A stretch of 64,000 nucleotides of DNA from an uncultured virus (IMG/VR IMGVR_UViG_3300020183_006727). Its lineage: Duplodnaviria; Heunggongvirae; Uroviricota; Caudoviricetes. Numbering within the stretch: the stretch's first letter is position 1; each line of letters opens with the position of its first letter. This document shows positions 38,851 to 48,359 of this stretch, piece after piece. The notes beneath the pieces are model-generated. The model searched no databases. It had not been told where the DNA came from and worked only from the letters and a program-made list of their open reading frames with translations. The position numbers were made by a program, and so were the translations under genes. Location of the stretch: the IMG/VR virus record IMGVR_UViG_3300020183_006727. The stretch is one strand, 5' to 3'.

Positions 38851-39449
38851 TGAAAGCATTTTATGACAGAGATTTTAACAGGGTTGTGTTTATGGGAGAA
38901 AAGGTTTATTCTCTTCCCGTTGATAGGGTGGTGGTTCATCCCGAACTGATGAACGTGCCAGTCGTGGTTGATGGTGGTTTGATGACTCTCAAAGATGTGG
39001 TCTTGGGGAATCACTCTGTTTCGCAGACTGTTTCTCTTCCTGTGTTTGCAGGCGTTGTTTCTTCTGCCCATCAGGCATCACAAGAGAAAGACCTTATAGC
39101 TTCGACTAAGGATGGATGCTTGATATTAACCAATCTTAAGCCTCCTTTAAAGTTTGATGGCAAAACAGATGGTAAGTCTTTATCCTTGATTAAAAAAGAA
39201 TATGGAGACATTCCGGCCCAGGTGTTGTCTTTAATATCATCAGGTCGTCTGATCAGGTTGTCTAGACAGGAATTGTCAGCCATATGTCAGGCACACAACG
39301 AGCAACTGAAACTCAAGAAAGAAGCTCAAGCAGCAAGTAAGAAATCTCGACGCTCTGTGCGTAGGAGAGATAGTGATGATATGGTAGCTGATGATGACGA
39401 TGATGTTTTGCCCGGCGGGATCAGAAACGCTGCCGAAATAAGGCTATAA
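38847..39449 (+). CDS. Hypothetical protein
   Basis: 200 aa, ATGA overlap; LSLISSGRL module. Confidence 0.75.
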   Translation: MMKAFYDRDFNRVVFMGEKVYSLPVDRVVVHPELMNVPVVVDGGLMTLKDVVLGNHSVSQTVSLPVFAGVVSSAHQASQEKDLIASTKDGCLILTNLKPPLKFDGKTDGKSLSLIKKEYGDIPAQVLSLISSGRLIRLSRQELSAICQAHNEQLKLKKEAQAASKKSRRSVRRRDSDDMVADDDDDVLPGGIRNAAEIRL

Positions 39450-39450
39450 A

Positions 39451-40176
39451 ATGAAAAAGATATGTTTGATTCCGCCTCCATCTGAATGGGGCATACTCAT
39501 CACCTCTTCAGTGCTTCAGATCATGAAGCGTATACATGATGGGCGGTGTGAACTTACTGTTTCTTCCTCAGCGGGATGGGAGGATGGGCTTCAGCAGATG
39601 CTTCCAACTAAGCCATCTTTTGCTAATCTGCACACTGTTTCTAGGGGGCAGTTTGATGAGGTTATATGCGTTTCAGATTCCATGGTTGACTGCCGTCATG
39701 CGTTTAGTCTTGATGCTTCTGGTTTTGTGCTTGATCGTGGATCTATAGTGGCAACAGAAGCAAGATTTTCTCACATACTTTCTGCGTACCTTGAGGATCA
39801 GTCTGTTCTATCTTCTCTGTCTAAGGCGTTTCATTTTGACGATGTTGTGCTGCCAAGTTTTTATACTCAGTTTTCTCCCAAAATGCACGACAGGCAGGGT
39901 GTTTCAATTTCTAATGACTCCCTCCGCATGGCTATCAAGTCAAAGTTTTTCGAGACAGGCAGGCTTTGGCACGTGCCTGTCCGCAAGAGTTTAGTGAAGA
40001 GAATCGAAGAGAGTAGAACCGTGTGTGCGCTGGTAACAGATGACCCTGTATGCGCATGGGGCTGTGCCTCGGGTGGTGGCAGAGCTCTTCTGCTAAGGTC
40101 TTCAATGGCCCGCAGTCCTGTTTTTGGTTTTGCGGACATGGTTGAAGAGGAGGTTCTGCCCGATGGTGTTGGGTAA
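39451..40176 (+). CDS. Degenerate GT9 (heptosyltransferase)-like protein
   Basis: KICLI...G.LIT..VLQIMKR.H...LTV, FDEVI, ALVTDD resemble GT9 layout; weak. Confidence 0.45.
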   Translation: MKKICLIPPPSEWGILITSSVLQIMKRIHDGRCELTVSSSAGWEDGLQQMLPTKPSFANLHTVSRGQFDEVICVSDSMVDCRHAFSLDASGFVLDRGSIVATEARFSHILSAYLEDQSVLSSLSKAFHFDDVVLPSFYTQFSPKMHDRQGVSISNDSLRMAIKSKFFETGRLWHVPVRKSLVKRIEESRTVCALVTDDPVCAWGCASGGGRALLLRSSMARSPVFGFADMVEEEVLPDGVG

Positions 40177-40924
40177 TTTTCCTCCGGATAGAAGACTGAG
40201 AATATCGCCCAGGGTTAGGAAGGTTGTCTTGCCAGCACATGGCGGCTTCAGAGTTGAGAGGGCTGACTGCTCATCTCTCAAGATCGGGGTTGTAGACACT
40301 GGGGCTCCCATACACAGGGATATCAAGTTGAATAATAGTAGCAGGCAAGTGAGCATGGTTGATGACGAAGAGCCATACGACCGAGATGGCCACGGGACTT
40401 CTGTATCCGGCATTTTATCTTCTTCTCATGCCTCTGGCATGCCAGGTCTTTGTCATGAAGCTAGTTTCTTTCACGCCAAGTGTGCAAAGTCGGATGGGTC
40501 AGGAGACATATCTGCTCTTGTTGGAGGACTTTTGTGGTGCATGGCTTCCCAATGTGACATGGTGGTTTGTAGTATTACATCTTCTGAAGAAGAACATCTC
40601 GCCTCAGAGGTGATAAAAAAGTTGCTTTCAAAGGACATACTAATATTTTCTGCAGTTCCTGACACACGCTCTTATGCCTTCCCATCCTCGGATTCTGGGG
40701 TTATTTCAGTGGCAGTAGGCGGTGTTAACTCCCCATCTGCTGACGGCATCAGGATAACTATGCCAAATTGGACATATGACACGATGACTGTTGGAGACAG
40801 ATTTATGGATTCTAGAGGCTCTAGTTTTGCCAACGCCTTTGTTGCCGGAGTTGCTGCAAATATGATTGCTTTTGGCGTCGATCCTAATCCAAGAGGCATA
40901 GTTGACAAAATGATGGAAACATAA
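40163..40924 (+). CDS. Subtilisin-like (S8) serine peptidase
   Basis: Triad motifs IGVVDTG, DGHGTSVSGI, GSSFANAFVAG; GAGGAGG RBS. Confidence 0.88.
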   Translation: MVLGNFPPDRRLRISPRVRKVVLPAHGGFRVERADCSSLKIGVVDTGAPIHRDIKLNNSSRQVSMVDDEEPYDRDGHGTSVSGILSSSHASGMPGLCHEASFFHAKCAKSDGSGDISALVGGLLWCMASQCDMVVCSITSSEEEHLASEVIKKLLSKDILIFSAVPDTRSYAFPSSDSGVISVAVGGVNSPSADGIRITMPNWTYDTMTVGDRFMDSRGSSFANAFVAGVAANMIAFGVDPNPRGIVDKMMET

Positions 40925-40927
40925 GTC

Positions 40928-41701
40928 ATGCCGTCATTTTCGGTGAGATTTATTGCACCAAGACAATCTGTTTTTTACTGTATATGCACATCAGAAGATG
41001 GTCTAAAGCTAAACCCGTCTTCAGGCATTTTTTCATCTGCCATAACACATTCTGCTGCAGTCATAACTTTGGATTTGCTCCATTTCCCGATGTATGCGGC
41101 TTCAGTAGTGGCTGACGGCATTAAAAATGATAAAGTGAATGTCTGCATCTATGAGATGATGGGAGCTTCGCCAGCTGCTGATGATCTGCTTATGTCTCAT
41201 GAGGAGTTGTTGTGGGATCCTGTTCTTGGCGTGGCTATTCGCGGGAACGATCCTTCGCAAATCGCTTTGCGAGCCTTTTCATCTGACGAAAACAGTAGGT
41301 TTGACAACTTTTTTATGTCTGGATCTAGGGCTGGATCTGCATCGGTTTTCTATCCTTTCAATGATAAAGTTGTATACGCCAAGGTGTCCGCAGGAACATC
41401 TACTGCGCAGGTCAGCAGAGTTTCACTGCGTACAGTAGATGCAGGTCTAAGAACCACACAAGACCTCAGGCGAGTTTCTTATAGTCCGCCATATGGATCT
41501 TTGAAGTTTACTGAATTGACTGATGCCATGGTGGTGGCGATAAAATCCGGAATGTATGCCTTGTGTTTTGAATCTCCTTCTGGAGCAGTTGTCGGTTTTG
41601 GCTCTCCTATGCCTAGTGTTCAGGTTTCTCAAGCAGGTATTCCCGGTCGTATTGAAGTAACATCAACAGGAAGAACCTCGCAAGACTTGAGGAAATTCTG
41701 A
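40928..41701 (+). CDS. Hypothetical protein
   Basis: 257 aa operon-coupled ORF. Confidence 0.75.
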   Translation: MPSFSVRFIAPRQSVFYCICTSEDGLKLNPSSGIFSSAITHSAAVITLDLLHFPMYAASVVADGIKNDKVNVCIYEMMGASPAADDLLMSHEELLWDPVLGVAIRGNDPSQIALRAFSSDENSRFDNFFMSGSRAGSASVFYPFNDKVVYAKVSAGTSTAQVSRVSLRTVDAGLRTTQDLRRVSYSPPYGSLKFTELTDAMVVAIKSGMYALCFESPSGAVVGFGSPMPSVQVSQAGIPGRIEVTSTGRTSQDLRKF

Positions 41702-42699
41702 TGGCACTAAGTCAATCGACAGAGTCTCAAGGAACATTTACCCAAGGCACTTCAAACAGTTTGTTCCTGTGTTTGACATCTCTCAACTCTCAGCCCGTCG
41801 CAGCCACTGATGTGTCTGTGACTCTGACCAGTCCGTCTGGAGAGGTTGATGTCGATGCAGACACCGCAATTACGATATCTGACGGTTATTATGCATACAT
41901 ATGGTCGGTTGCATCTGATGCAGAAGTTGGTCGTTGGGATTTAACCTGGTCATATAATGATGGGATTGAAACAAACACGATTACGCAAGAGGTTGTCATA
42001 AATGAGAGACCAGATCCAGAAGGTGTTTACTTTGGGCAGGTTAGGGATCTTATAGTTGCTCTTGAATACCACATAAGACCAACCATGAACATACCTGTGT
42101 ATTTTGAGCAGGGTCGTACATCAAAAGACAACGCCACTTTCGCCTTTTCTTTCCCGAGGTGGAATCAGTCAGCAGGCGTCATAATCTACAGAAACAATAA
42201 CATCGTAGACGAGGGCTTTTCTACGAATTATTTTCGTGGTACAGTTACATTTGACATACCATTGACATCATATGACATTGTGAATGCCGACTACAATTTC
42301 AGATGGTTTTCCAATGATCAGTTGTACAGATTTTTGGCGAATGCACTTGGCAAGTTCAATTTTTATCCACCCAGAAGCAACTACAGTCTTTTTTCAGTGC
42401 CAAGCGAGATTGTCCCAGCTGTTCTTTACGGCGCCGCAGCCGATGCCATAAGAGAGATGATGCTGTCTTTGGCTTTTCAGGAGCCGCAACTTGTTTTTGG
42501 CGGTGCTGAGCGTGCGTCAAATCTTTCGAGCAGTCTAGACACTTTGAAAAAGAATTATGAAGAGAGTGTAAAAGGCTTCTTGGATGGCAAGAAACTTGGC
42601 CCATATCCCAAGAGTAGAAATATTGTCACTCCTGAATACACTTTACCTGGCGGCAGGAGTAGATGGTTTAGGTACATATTTACAGGTGGTGGTGTATGA
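41701..42699 (+). CDS. Putative neck/head-completion protein with Ig-like N-terminal domain
   Basis: VTLTSPSG..GYYAYIW..GRWDLTW; WFSNDQLYRFL adaptor-like helix; position in module. Confidence 0.55.
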   Translation: MALSQSTESQGTFTQGTSNSLFLCLTSLNSQPVAATDVSVTLTSPSGEVDVDADTAITISDGYYAYIWSVASDAEVGRWDLTWSYNDGIETNTITQEVVINERPDPEGVYFGQVRDLIVALEYHIRPTMNIPVYFEQGRTSKDNATFAFSFPRWNQSAGVIIYRNNNIVDEGFSTNYFRGTVTFDIPLTSYDIVNADYNFRWFSNDQLYRFLANALGKFNFYPPRSNYSLFSVPSEIVPAVLYGAAADAIREMMLSLAFQEPQLVFGGAERASNLSSSLDTLKKNYEESVKGFLDGKKLGPYPKSRNIVTPEYTLPGGRSRWFRYIFTGGGV

Positions 42700-42992
42700 T
42701 CGTAAACAAGAAAGTTTTGCGAGAGTTGCTTGACAAGGTTGCAGGGGAGGATGATTGTTTCTTTTACGCCCTTGCCACTGAAGAGATGAAAAATCACATC
42801 ATCAACAATGATGATCCTGCAGTGAATAGGATAACTCAAAATTTTAGAAACATTTTGCTTTCAGGGAGGGGTATTGCTCTTGACAACGGACTTTTGGTTA
42901 AGTTCGCTGCTGGCGAATCAGATGCTGATACCACCCATGTGTTGAACATGTGTCGCATCATGCTCAACGCCCCCTTGAGCATCAGGACATGA
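42696..42992 (+). CDS. Hypothetical protein
   Basis: 98 aa, ATGA overlaps both sides. Confidence 0.7.
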   Translation: MIVNKKVLRELLDKVAGEDDCFFYALATEEMKNHIINNDDPAVNRITQNFRNILLSGRGIALDNGLLVKFAAGESDADTTHVLNMCRIMLNAPLSIRT

Positions 42993-43414
42993 AACGAAAA
43001 AAGACGCAAGACGTACCCATTTTCGAATCATATCCAGAATTTTGCAGATTGACCCGTCTTCTCAATGCCGAGCAGTTGGCTCATCTGCGAGAGTCAATGG
43101 GCTACGATCAGATAGATTATTTGAGGCGTTCAAGAGACGAATCTGGTTTTTGGCAGTTAGAATTGGCTAATGAATTTGACGACTTTTTAGTACAGGTTGA
43201 GTCGTTGACAGACTTTAACCCAATAAAAATAAGACTGCAGTTACTTGAAGGGAGGCGTATCCGCCTCCCTTCGCCTGTTTGGGACGTAATCGTATCACGT
43301 ATGGGAGAGTTGGACTCTTTCTACGGCTCAATGCTCACGGACGGTATTGTGTGCCGCCGTGATTCTCGTTCGTCTGGTTTTGTAATTCTAACGCTAGGAG
43401 GAAAGGCGACATGA
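42989..43414 (+). CDS. Hypothetical protein
   Basis: ATG 42989 (MKRKKTQD), ATGA overlaps. Confidence 0.7.
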   Translation: MKRKKTQDVPIFESYPEFCRLTRLLNAEQLAHLRESMGYDQIDYLRRSRDESGFWQLELANEFDDFLVQVESLTDFNPIKIRLQLLEGRRIRLPSPVWDVIVSRMGELDSFYGSMLTDGIVCRRDSRSSGFVILTLGGKAT

Positions 43415-44100
43415 GCAACAAGTCTAGGCGCAAGCAGTTGGTTGAGGACAATCGTTCTGGGCCCCACATAGCATTCAAACCACTTGATGATCATCAGAAG
43501 AAGGCTATTAAAATTATTGAGGACAGCGCGGTGACTATGTTATATGGAATGGCAGGAACAGGTAAGACAACCATTGCCACTGGTATGGCCCTGCGGATGT
43601 TGAGTGAAAAAAGAATCAGTAAAATTGTCTTGACGCGTCCCTATGTCAGTGCGGGTGAAAGGCTAGGATATCTTCCTGGGTCTCTTGAGCAAAAGTTTGA
43701 TCCTTTTGTTTCTCCGGTCAGAATGATTATGGAGAAGATACTTGGTAAGAGCACGGCTGGCAGAATGATGGCATCTGATCAGATTGAAATACTACCTCTT
43801 GCCTTCATGCGTGGCGTCACGTTTGAAAACACTTTCATGATCATGGACGAGGCTCAAAATAGCACTCCCGAGCAGATGCACCTATTCCTGACCAGGCTTG
43901 GCAAGTCATCTAAGGCAGTTGTTGCTGGGGACGAATTTCAGTGCGACCTAGACTGCAGGTCGTCTAGGAATGGCCTTACAGACGCCCTGAGAAGACTCAA
44001 GGGCCTGGGCGGGGTGGGTTATTTTGAATTCCCACCAGAATCTTGTCAGCGACATGGTCTTGTTTCCCAGATAGACCTCAAATACAAGGAAAAAAACTGA
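43411..44100 (+). CDS. phoH: PhoH-family ATPase
   Basis: GMAGTGKT, LTRP, GERLGYLPG, PLAFMRG, DEAQN, LTRLG, GD..Q.D. Confidence 0.97.
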   Translation: MSNKSRRKQLVEDNRSGPHIAFKPLDDHQKKAIKIIEDSAVTMLYGMAGTGKTTIATGMALRMLSEKRISKIVLTRPYVSAGERLGYLPGSLEQKFDPFVSPVRMIMEKILGKSTAGRMMASDQIEILPLAFMRGVTFENTFMIMDEAQNSTPEQMHLFLTRLGKSSKAVVAGDEFQCDLDCRSSRNGLTDALRRLKGLGGVGYFEFPPESCQRHGLVSQIDLKYKEKN

Positions 44101-44208
44101 CACCACCGTGGCGGCGTGTGGTGTTGGGCGGGGCGCATGTTCTCCTCACACCTCCTCACAAGGATAGGTCGTGATAAGTCAGAAATACCATTTATGGGAA
44201 AAGACATC

Positions 44209-46464
44209 ATGTTTTCACAGAAATTTCAAAAAACCGCAGCTGGATCTTGCGAGTCGGCGACTCGTAAACTCAATTATATATATAGTCGCAACAGGGAATT
44301 ACATGCATACCTAACTGGCGTGATCACAAGCATGGAGCAGGCTGCCAATAACGCTGATAGGTCTGTTGATGTTCGGCGGGAGGAGTTGAATCGCCTGTCT
44401 GAGGAGGCTTATGTAAAAATTAATGAATACGAGGATGACAGTCGTGTTGCCGATGAAGCACAAGATATTTTGTCTGAAAGTTTAACATGTTTGCAAGAGT
44501 GGTTGAAGTCCCCCGAGGCGAACATGCAGGATCAGGGTGATGCCCAGATTGTCCAGGATGGAATTGTGCTCCCAAGGCAGATGAGAGCAGTTCCAGGCGT
44601 AAATCAGGACGAGTCTCCATGTTCAACGTTCCCCGAAGGCGGAGATGACCTGCTAAGCATCATCGCACACCTGAATGACGTGATATCCAAAGGTGGTTTG
44701 CCAGCATTTGGCAAGGCAGCTCTTGTTAACCAACAAAGTGCTGCTCGTGCAGCATGTGTCAGGAATGGTTTGAATGCTGAATGGTTTAGGCAAAGATCAA
44801 ACCTAGCATATACCGTATACCTAGATGAGATTGAGGGCGGAAGAAACGCCATAGAGATTTCTGACTTTCAGGCCTCTAGGGGCAACTTCGTATATAGTTT
44901 CTTTAATCGTCATCGTGAGAAGATGCCACAGCGTGTCCAAAGTGTTTTGAATGAGTCTGGCAAGACCAATGTTCAGACAGTATCTAACAGAACTATTGCA
45001 CAGATGCCAGGAACGTCATCTGCTTTTGATGTTGTTGGCATCACGCTGCTGTGCAGGCTTGTTAATCTTCTACAGGGTGGCGACGAAGATGCGACTGCAC
45101 ATATGTTTGCATATGTGGTTGACAAGCGTAGGCGTGAACTCGGAGTTAACGAGTTCGCGCAGGATGAGTACGACTCCGCTCGGGCTCTAGGAGAAGTGGA
45201 TCCAGAGAAACGAGGTCTTGATGTAGTTCCGGATAGTTCAGCAACTACAACTTCCGAAGACTTTGCTGCAAACATTCATAGTGGGATTGAGCAACTTCAG
45301 TCTCAGGCTCCTACTCAATACAACGATAAGGCTATCAGAATTCTTGAAGGATTCAAGAATGATGTCGCCATCAAACTTGACACCCATATTGGCTCTTTGA
45401 GCAGCATACTTGATAAACTTTCCATTGAGGCGATTGGTGCTGAGCAGATGAAGAGCCAACAGGCGGCCGTAGAGCCCATGAGAAATATTTTGCAGCAGTC
45501 TCTCGAAGATGCAACGAACGCACGTAATAGGATCATCAACGGGCTTGATGCGCTTATAGATGTTGCGCAGCGTGGCCATTCAATTCCTGCACTTATCCAC
45601 CTGAAGTCGCTGTTTGGTAGAAAGAAGACAGCGTATGTCAACCACAATCACGCTCAAATTGTAATCACCACAGAAAGTGGTGAAATTAATGAGGGCATCA
45701 GGGTTTTGACTGCAATTGTCAGGGCAAATAGGGCTAATCCTCCGTTGGACTGGACGAATTTTGCACCTGATGATTTCGAAAGATCTGATCTTCACAGTCT
45801 TCAGCAGGCTCAACCGAGAGCTCTTTCCAAAAAAGAAGAGGCTAAGCGTCGCTGCAGATATGTGCTTGTGCACACATTGGCCCCAAGAATTTCTGGTCTT
45901 CCTTTTGAAGATAAGGTGCAGGAGATCAAGGGTGCCATCAACAGTGAAGAAATGGCTAAGTGCATGATGCAGTTGTTGAAAGACAATACGAACAGAACTG
46001 TTGAGCGCATTCCCGCTCGTGGACCTAATGAGGTTCAGTTGATATACCAAAAACTGAAGCAAGATGGCGGCATATTCAATCCTGCGGCATGGATAGCATC
46101 GTTGACAAATGCCGATCCTCAAGAGCAGAAAAAGTTAGACAATGCTCTTGTGGCAGCATTCGATAGGGCGACAAATAGATACAAAGATAAATACAATGCT
46201 GCAAGAGTGATTGCCGGCTTGGCTTGGCAACTCAACCAGTCGGTCATCATAAACAATGAAGAAGCTGTTGCACTTATGAACTTCATTGGAGAAGAACCTG
46301 ATATCAAGAGTTGGCGAGATAGCGGTCTTGGCACGGCAAGACGCGCTCGAGAGCAAAGAATGGCATTTATAGATGATGTTCCATTTTTCAAAGAGGCAGG
46401 ATGTTCTTACGAAGATGTAAGGGATTACATGTTGAAATTGGCAAGGAGTTTGTTCCTTGCCTAA
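44209..46464 (+). CDS. Large helical hypothetical protein, putative head-internal
   Basis: ~750 aa; start 44194 or 44209 (MFSQKFQKTAA). Confidence 0.8.
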   Translation: MFSQKFQKTAAGSCESATRKLNYIYSRNRELHAYLTGVITSMEQAANNADRSVDVRREELNRLSEEAYVKINEYEDDSRVADEAQDILSESLTCLQEWLKSPEANMQDQGDAQIVQDGIVLPRQMRAVPGVNQDESPCSTFPEGGDDLLSIIAHLNDVISKGGLPAFGKAALVNQQSAARAACVRNGLNAEWFRQRSNLAYTVYLDEIEGGRNAIEISDFQASRGNFVYSFFNRHREKMPQRVQSVLNESGKTNVQTVSNRTIAQMPGTSSAFDVVGITLLCRLVNLLQGGDEDATAHMFAYVVDKRRRELGVNEFAQDEYDSARALGEVDPEKRGLDVVPDSSATTTSEDFAANIHSGIEQLQSQAPTQYNDKAIRILEGFKNDVAIKLDTHIGSLSSILDKLSIEAIGAEQMKSQQAAVEPMRNILQQSLEDATNARNRIINGLDALIDVAQRGHSIPALIHLKSLFGRKKTAYVNHNHAQIVITTESGEINEGIRVLTAIVRANRANPPLDWTNFAPDDFERSDLHSLQQAQPRALSKKEEAKRRCRYVLVHTLAPRISGLPFEDKVQEIKGAINSEEMAKCMMQLLKDNTNRTVERIPARGPNEVQLIYQKLKQDGGIFNPAAWIASLTNADPQEQKKLDNALVAAFDRATNRYKDKYNAARVIAGLAWQLNQSVIINNEEAVALMNFIGEEPDIKSWRDSGLGTARRAREQRMAFIDDVPFFKEAGCSYEDVRDYMLKLARSLFLA

Positions 46465-46672
46465 AAGAGAGGAGGTGACCCATGAGCATGAGGTGTTCAG
46501 AGTGGTGTGTCCAGCGTGCTTCTCTAGTACGGCGGCTCGTGGCAATGTGGAGATTAACTTCTCGCAGGGCACAATACACATGGTTTGCCCATCGTGTAAA
46601 AAGAGTTCGACGATGATTATAGACCCATCAAAAAATTTCAAACCTCTACCTCGAACCAGATTGCACGGATGA
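46457..46672 (+). CDS. Small zinc-ribbon protein
   Basis: CPAC ... CPSC; AAGGAG then TTG. Confidence 0.7.
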   Translation: MPKREEVTHEHEVFRVVCPACFSSTAARGNVEINFSQGTIHMVCPSCKKSSTMIIDPSKNFKPLPRTRLHG

Positions 46673-47199
46673 TGTTTTTAGTGGTAAATACAACTAGGCA
46701 GCATTTGTCACTCGGAGACCTGAAGGTGGTGCTATCTCCAAGTCAGTCTATAGATCTTGACAGTGTTGCTGACAGGAGAATTGTCGAGGCAAGCCCATCA
46801 GTAAAAAAGGCCGTGGTTGCTGGATATCTAAGGGTAGTATCAAAAGATACTAACCATGGTCGTCAGAATGCCATAGACATGGACGCATTGAGAAAAATAG
46901 TTAGAGAAGAGAATGATGGTAAGGCCATATCCGCAATTGCAGAATCACTAGTAGAGTTAAAAAAAATGCTATCTTCCATGCCTGCCCCTCAGGTTGTTCA
47001 TGTCTCCTCACAGGTTGAAAATGTTGATGTCATTAAATCAATATCTGAGCCGCAAGCCGAAAACCTTATAGCCATACATGAAAAAGTTGTTTCACGCATG
47101 GCATCCAACCTTTCCACAAATATAGAGCCTAAAAAAGGCAAATCTAAGGACGCATCCGATATGAAGAAAAAACTAGATGAATTGGAGGGTCTTCTCTAA
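46669..47199 (+). CDS. Hypothetical protein with N-terminal ~55-aa module and coiled coil
   Basis: VVNTTRQHLSLGDL...SPSVKKAVVAGYLRVV; stop overlaps the actin-like gene start. Confidence 0.8.
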   Translation: MMFLVVNTTRQHLSLGDLKVVLSPSQSIDLDSVADRRIVEASPSVKKAVVAGYLRVVSKDTNHGRQNAIDMDALRKIVREENDGKAISAIAESLVELKKMLSSMPAPQVVHVSSQVENVDVIKSISEPQAENLIAIHEKVVSRMASNLSTNIEPKKGKSKDASDMKKKLDELEGLL

Positions 47200-48359
47200 T
47201 GAACGCCCACCACAAAGCCGTGCAGAATGTTTCTTCCTTAAAACGGTCGTCGTCGTTGGCGAACGCTCCCGCGAAATCTGTGAATAGTTTTGAAGAAGAA
47301 AAACCAAGCACCCGAGCCATTGGCGTGGATGTGGGAACTATGTTTTTTCAGACAGCGGAACTAGTGGGTGACAACATAAGCGTATCTTCGGTCAGGAACG
47401 CGTTTGTAGAAATACCATATTCATCAGAACTGGAAGAGATCTTGACTAGAAATGGTTGGAGATATGTAAAAGATGGCATGCAGTACTTTGTCGTTGGAGA
47501 TGACTCAATGCAGGTTGCCAAGTTATTTCCAGGGTCGGTTGAGATTCGCCGCCCACTTCAGGACGGAGTCCTCAACAGAGACGAGCCAAAGAAGAGTTTG
47601 GTTCTTTCTGGAGTCATAGAATCTTCTATTGGCAAGGCTCCTGATGAAAATTCAGTTGTTTGCATATGTGTGTCCAGTCCATGCGCGGATGCTGGTCAGG
47701 ACAGCATTTTTCATTCGGCTCGTCTCAAGGCCATGTTTACCCGCCTTAATTGGAATGTTAAGGTCATAGAGGAAGGTCTTGCTGTCATTCTCAGCGAGAG
47801 GCCGTCTGTGGTTCTAGATGACGGCACAGAAGTCCCTTTCAGTGGAATAGGAATGTCATTTGGTGCCGGCAGGGCAAATTGCGTTGTAGCATACAAAGGT
47901 ATGCAGATTCTTGGCATGTCTGTTAGCAGGAGCGGAGATTGGGTTGACAGACAAGTTTCAGAGCAGACTGCGGTGCCAGTGTCTCAGGTGATAGATTTCA
48001 AGGAGCGGGTTCTTGACTTTGAAAACATCGATGAAGATAATGACATAGCTTTTGCGCTTGACGCATATTATGATGCCATGCTCCGTCATGTCGTCGGTTT
48101 GTTTGCCAAGAAGTTCATAGAAGTTAAGAGTCAGTTTGACAAGCCTCTTGATGTGGTGATCGCCGGTGGAACTTCTATGCCAAACGGCTTTGAGAATAAA
48201 TTGGCAAGAATCATGTCTTCCATACAACTGCCATTCAAGATTGGGGATGTCCGCAAGGCGGCAGACCCACTAAACGCAGTTTGCTCTGGACTGTTAACAT
48301 CTGCGCAGATTGTAAAGAACAGACTTCTTAATGGAATTATAACTAGGGATCAGGTCTGA
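47199..48359 (+). CDS. Actin-fold ATPase (MreB/FtsA/ParM-like)
   Basis: Phosphate-1 IGVDVGT, connect IEEGLA, phosphate-2 GMSFGAG, adenosine VIAGGTS, DPLNAVCSG. Confidence 0.85.
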   Translation: MNAHHKAVQNVSSLKRSSSLANAPAKSVNSFEEEKPSTRAIGVDVGTMFFQTAELVGDNISVSSVRNAFVEIPYSSELEEILTRNGWRYVKDGMQYFVVGDDSMQVAKLFPGSVEIRRPLQDGVLNRDEPKKSLVLSGVIESSIGKAPDENSVVCICVSSPCADAGQDSIFHSARLKAMFTRLNWNVKVIEEGLAVILSERPSVVLDDGTEVPFSGIGMSFGAGRANCVVAYKGMQILGMSVSRSGDWVDRQVSEQTAVPVSQVIDFKERVLDFENIDEDNDIAFALDAYYDAMLRHVVGLFAKKFIEVKSQFDKPLDVVIAGGTSMPNGFENKLARIMSSIQLPFKIGDVRKAADPLNAVCSGLLTSAQIVKNRLLNGIITRDQV

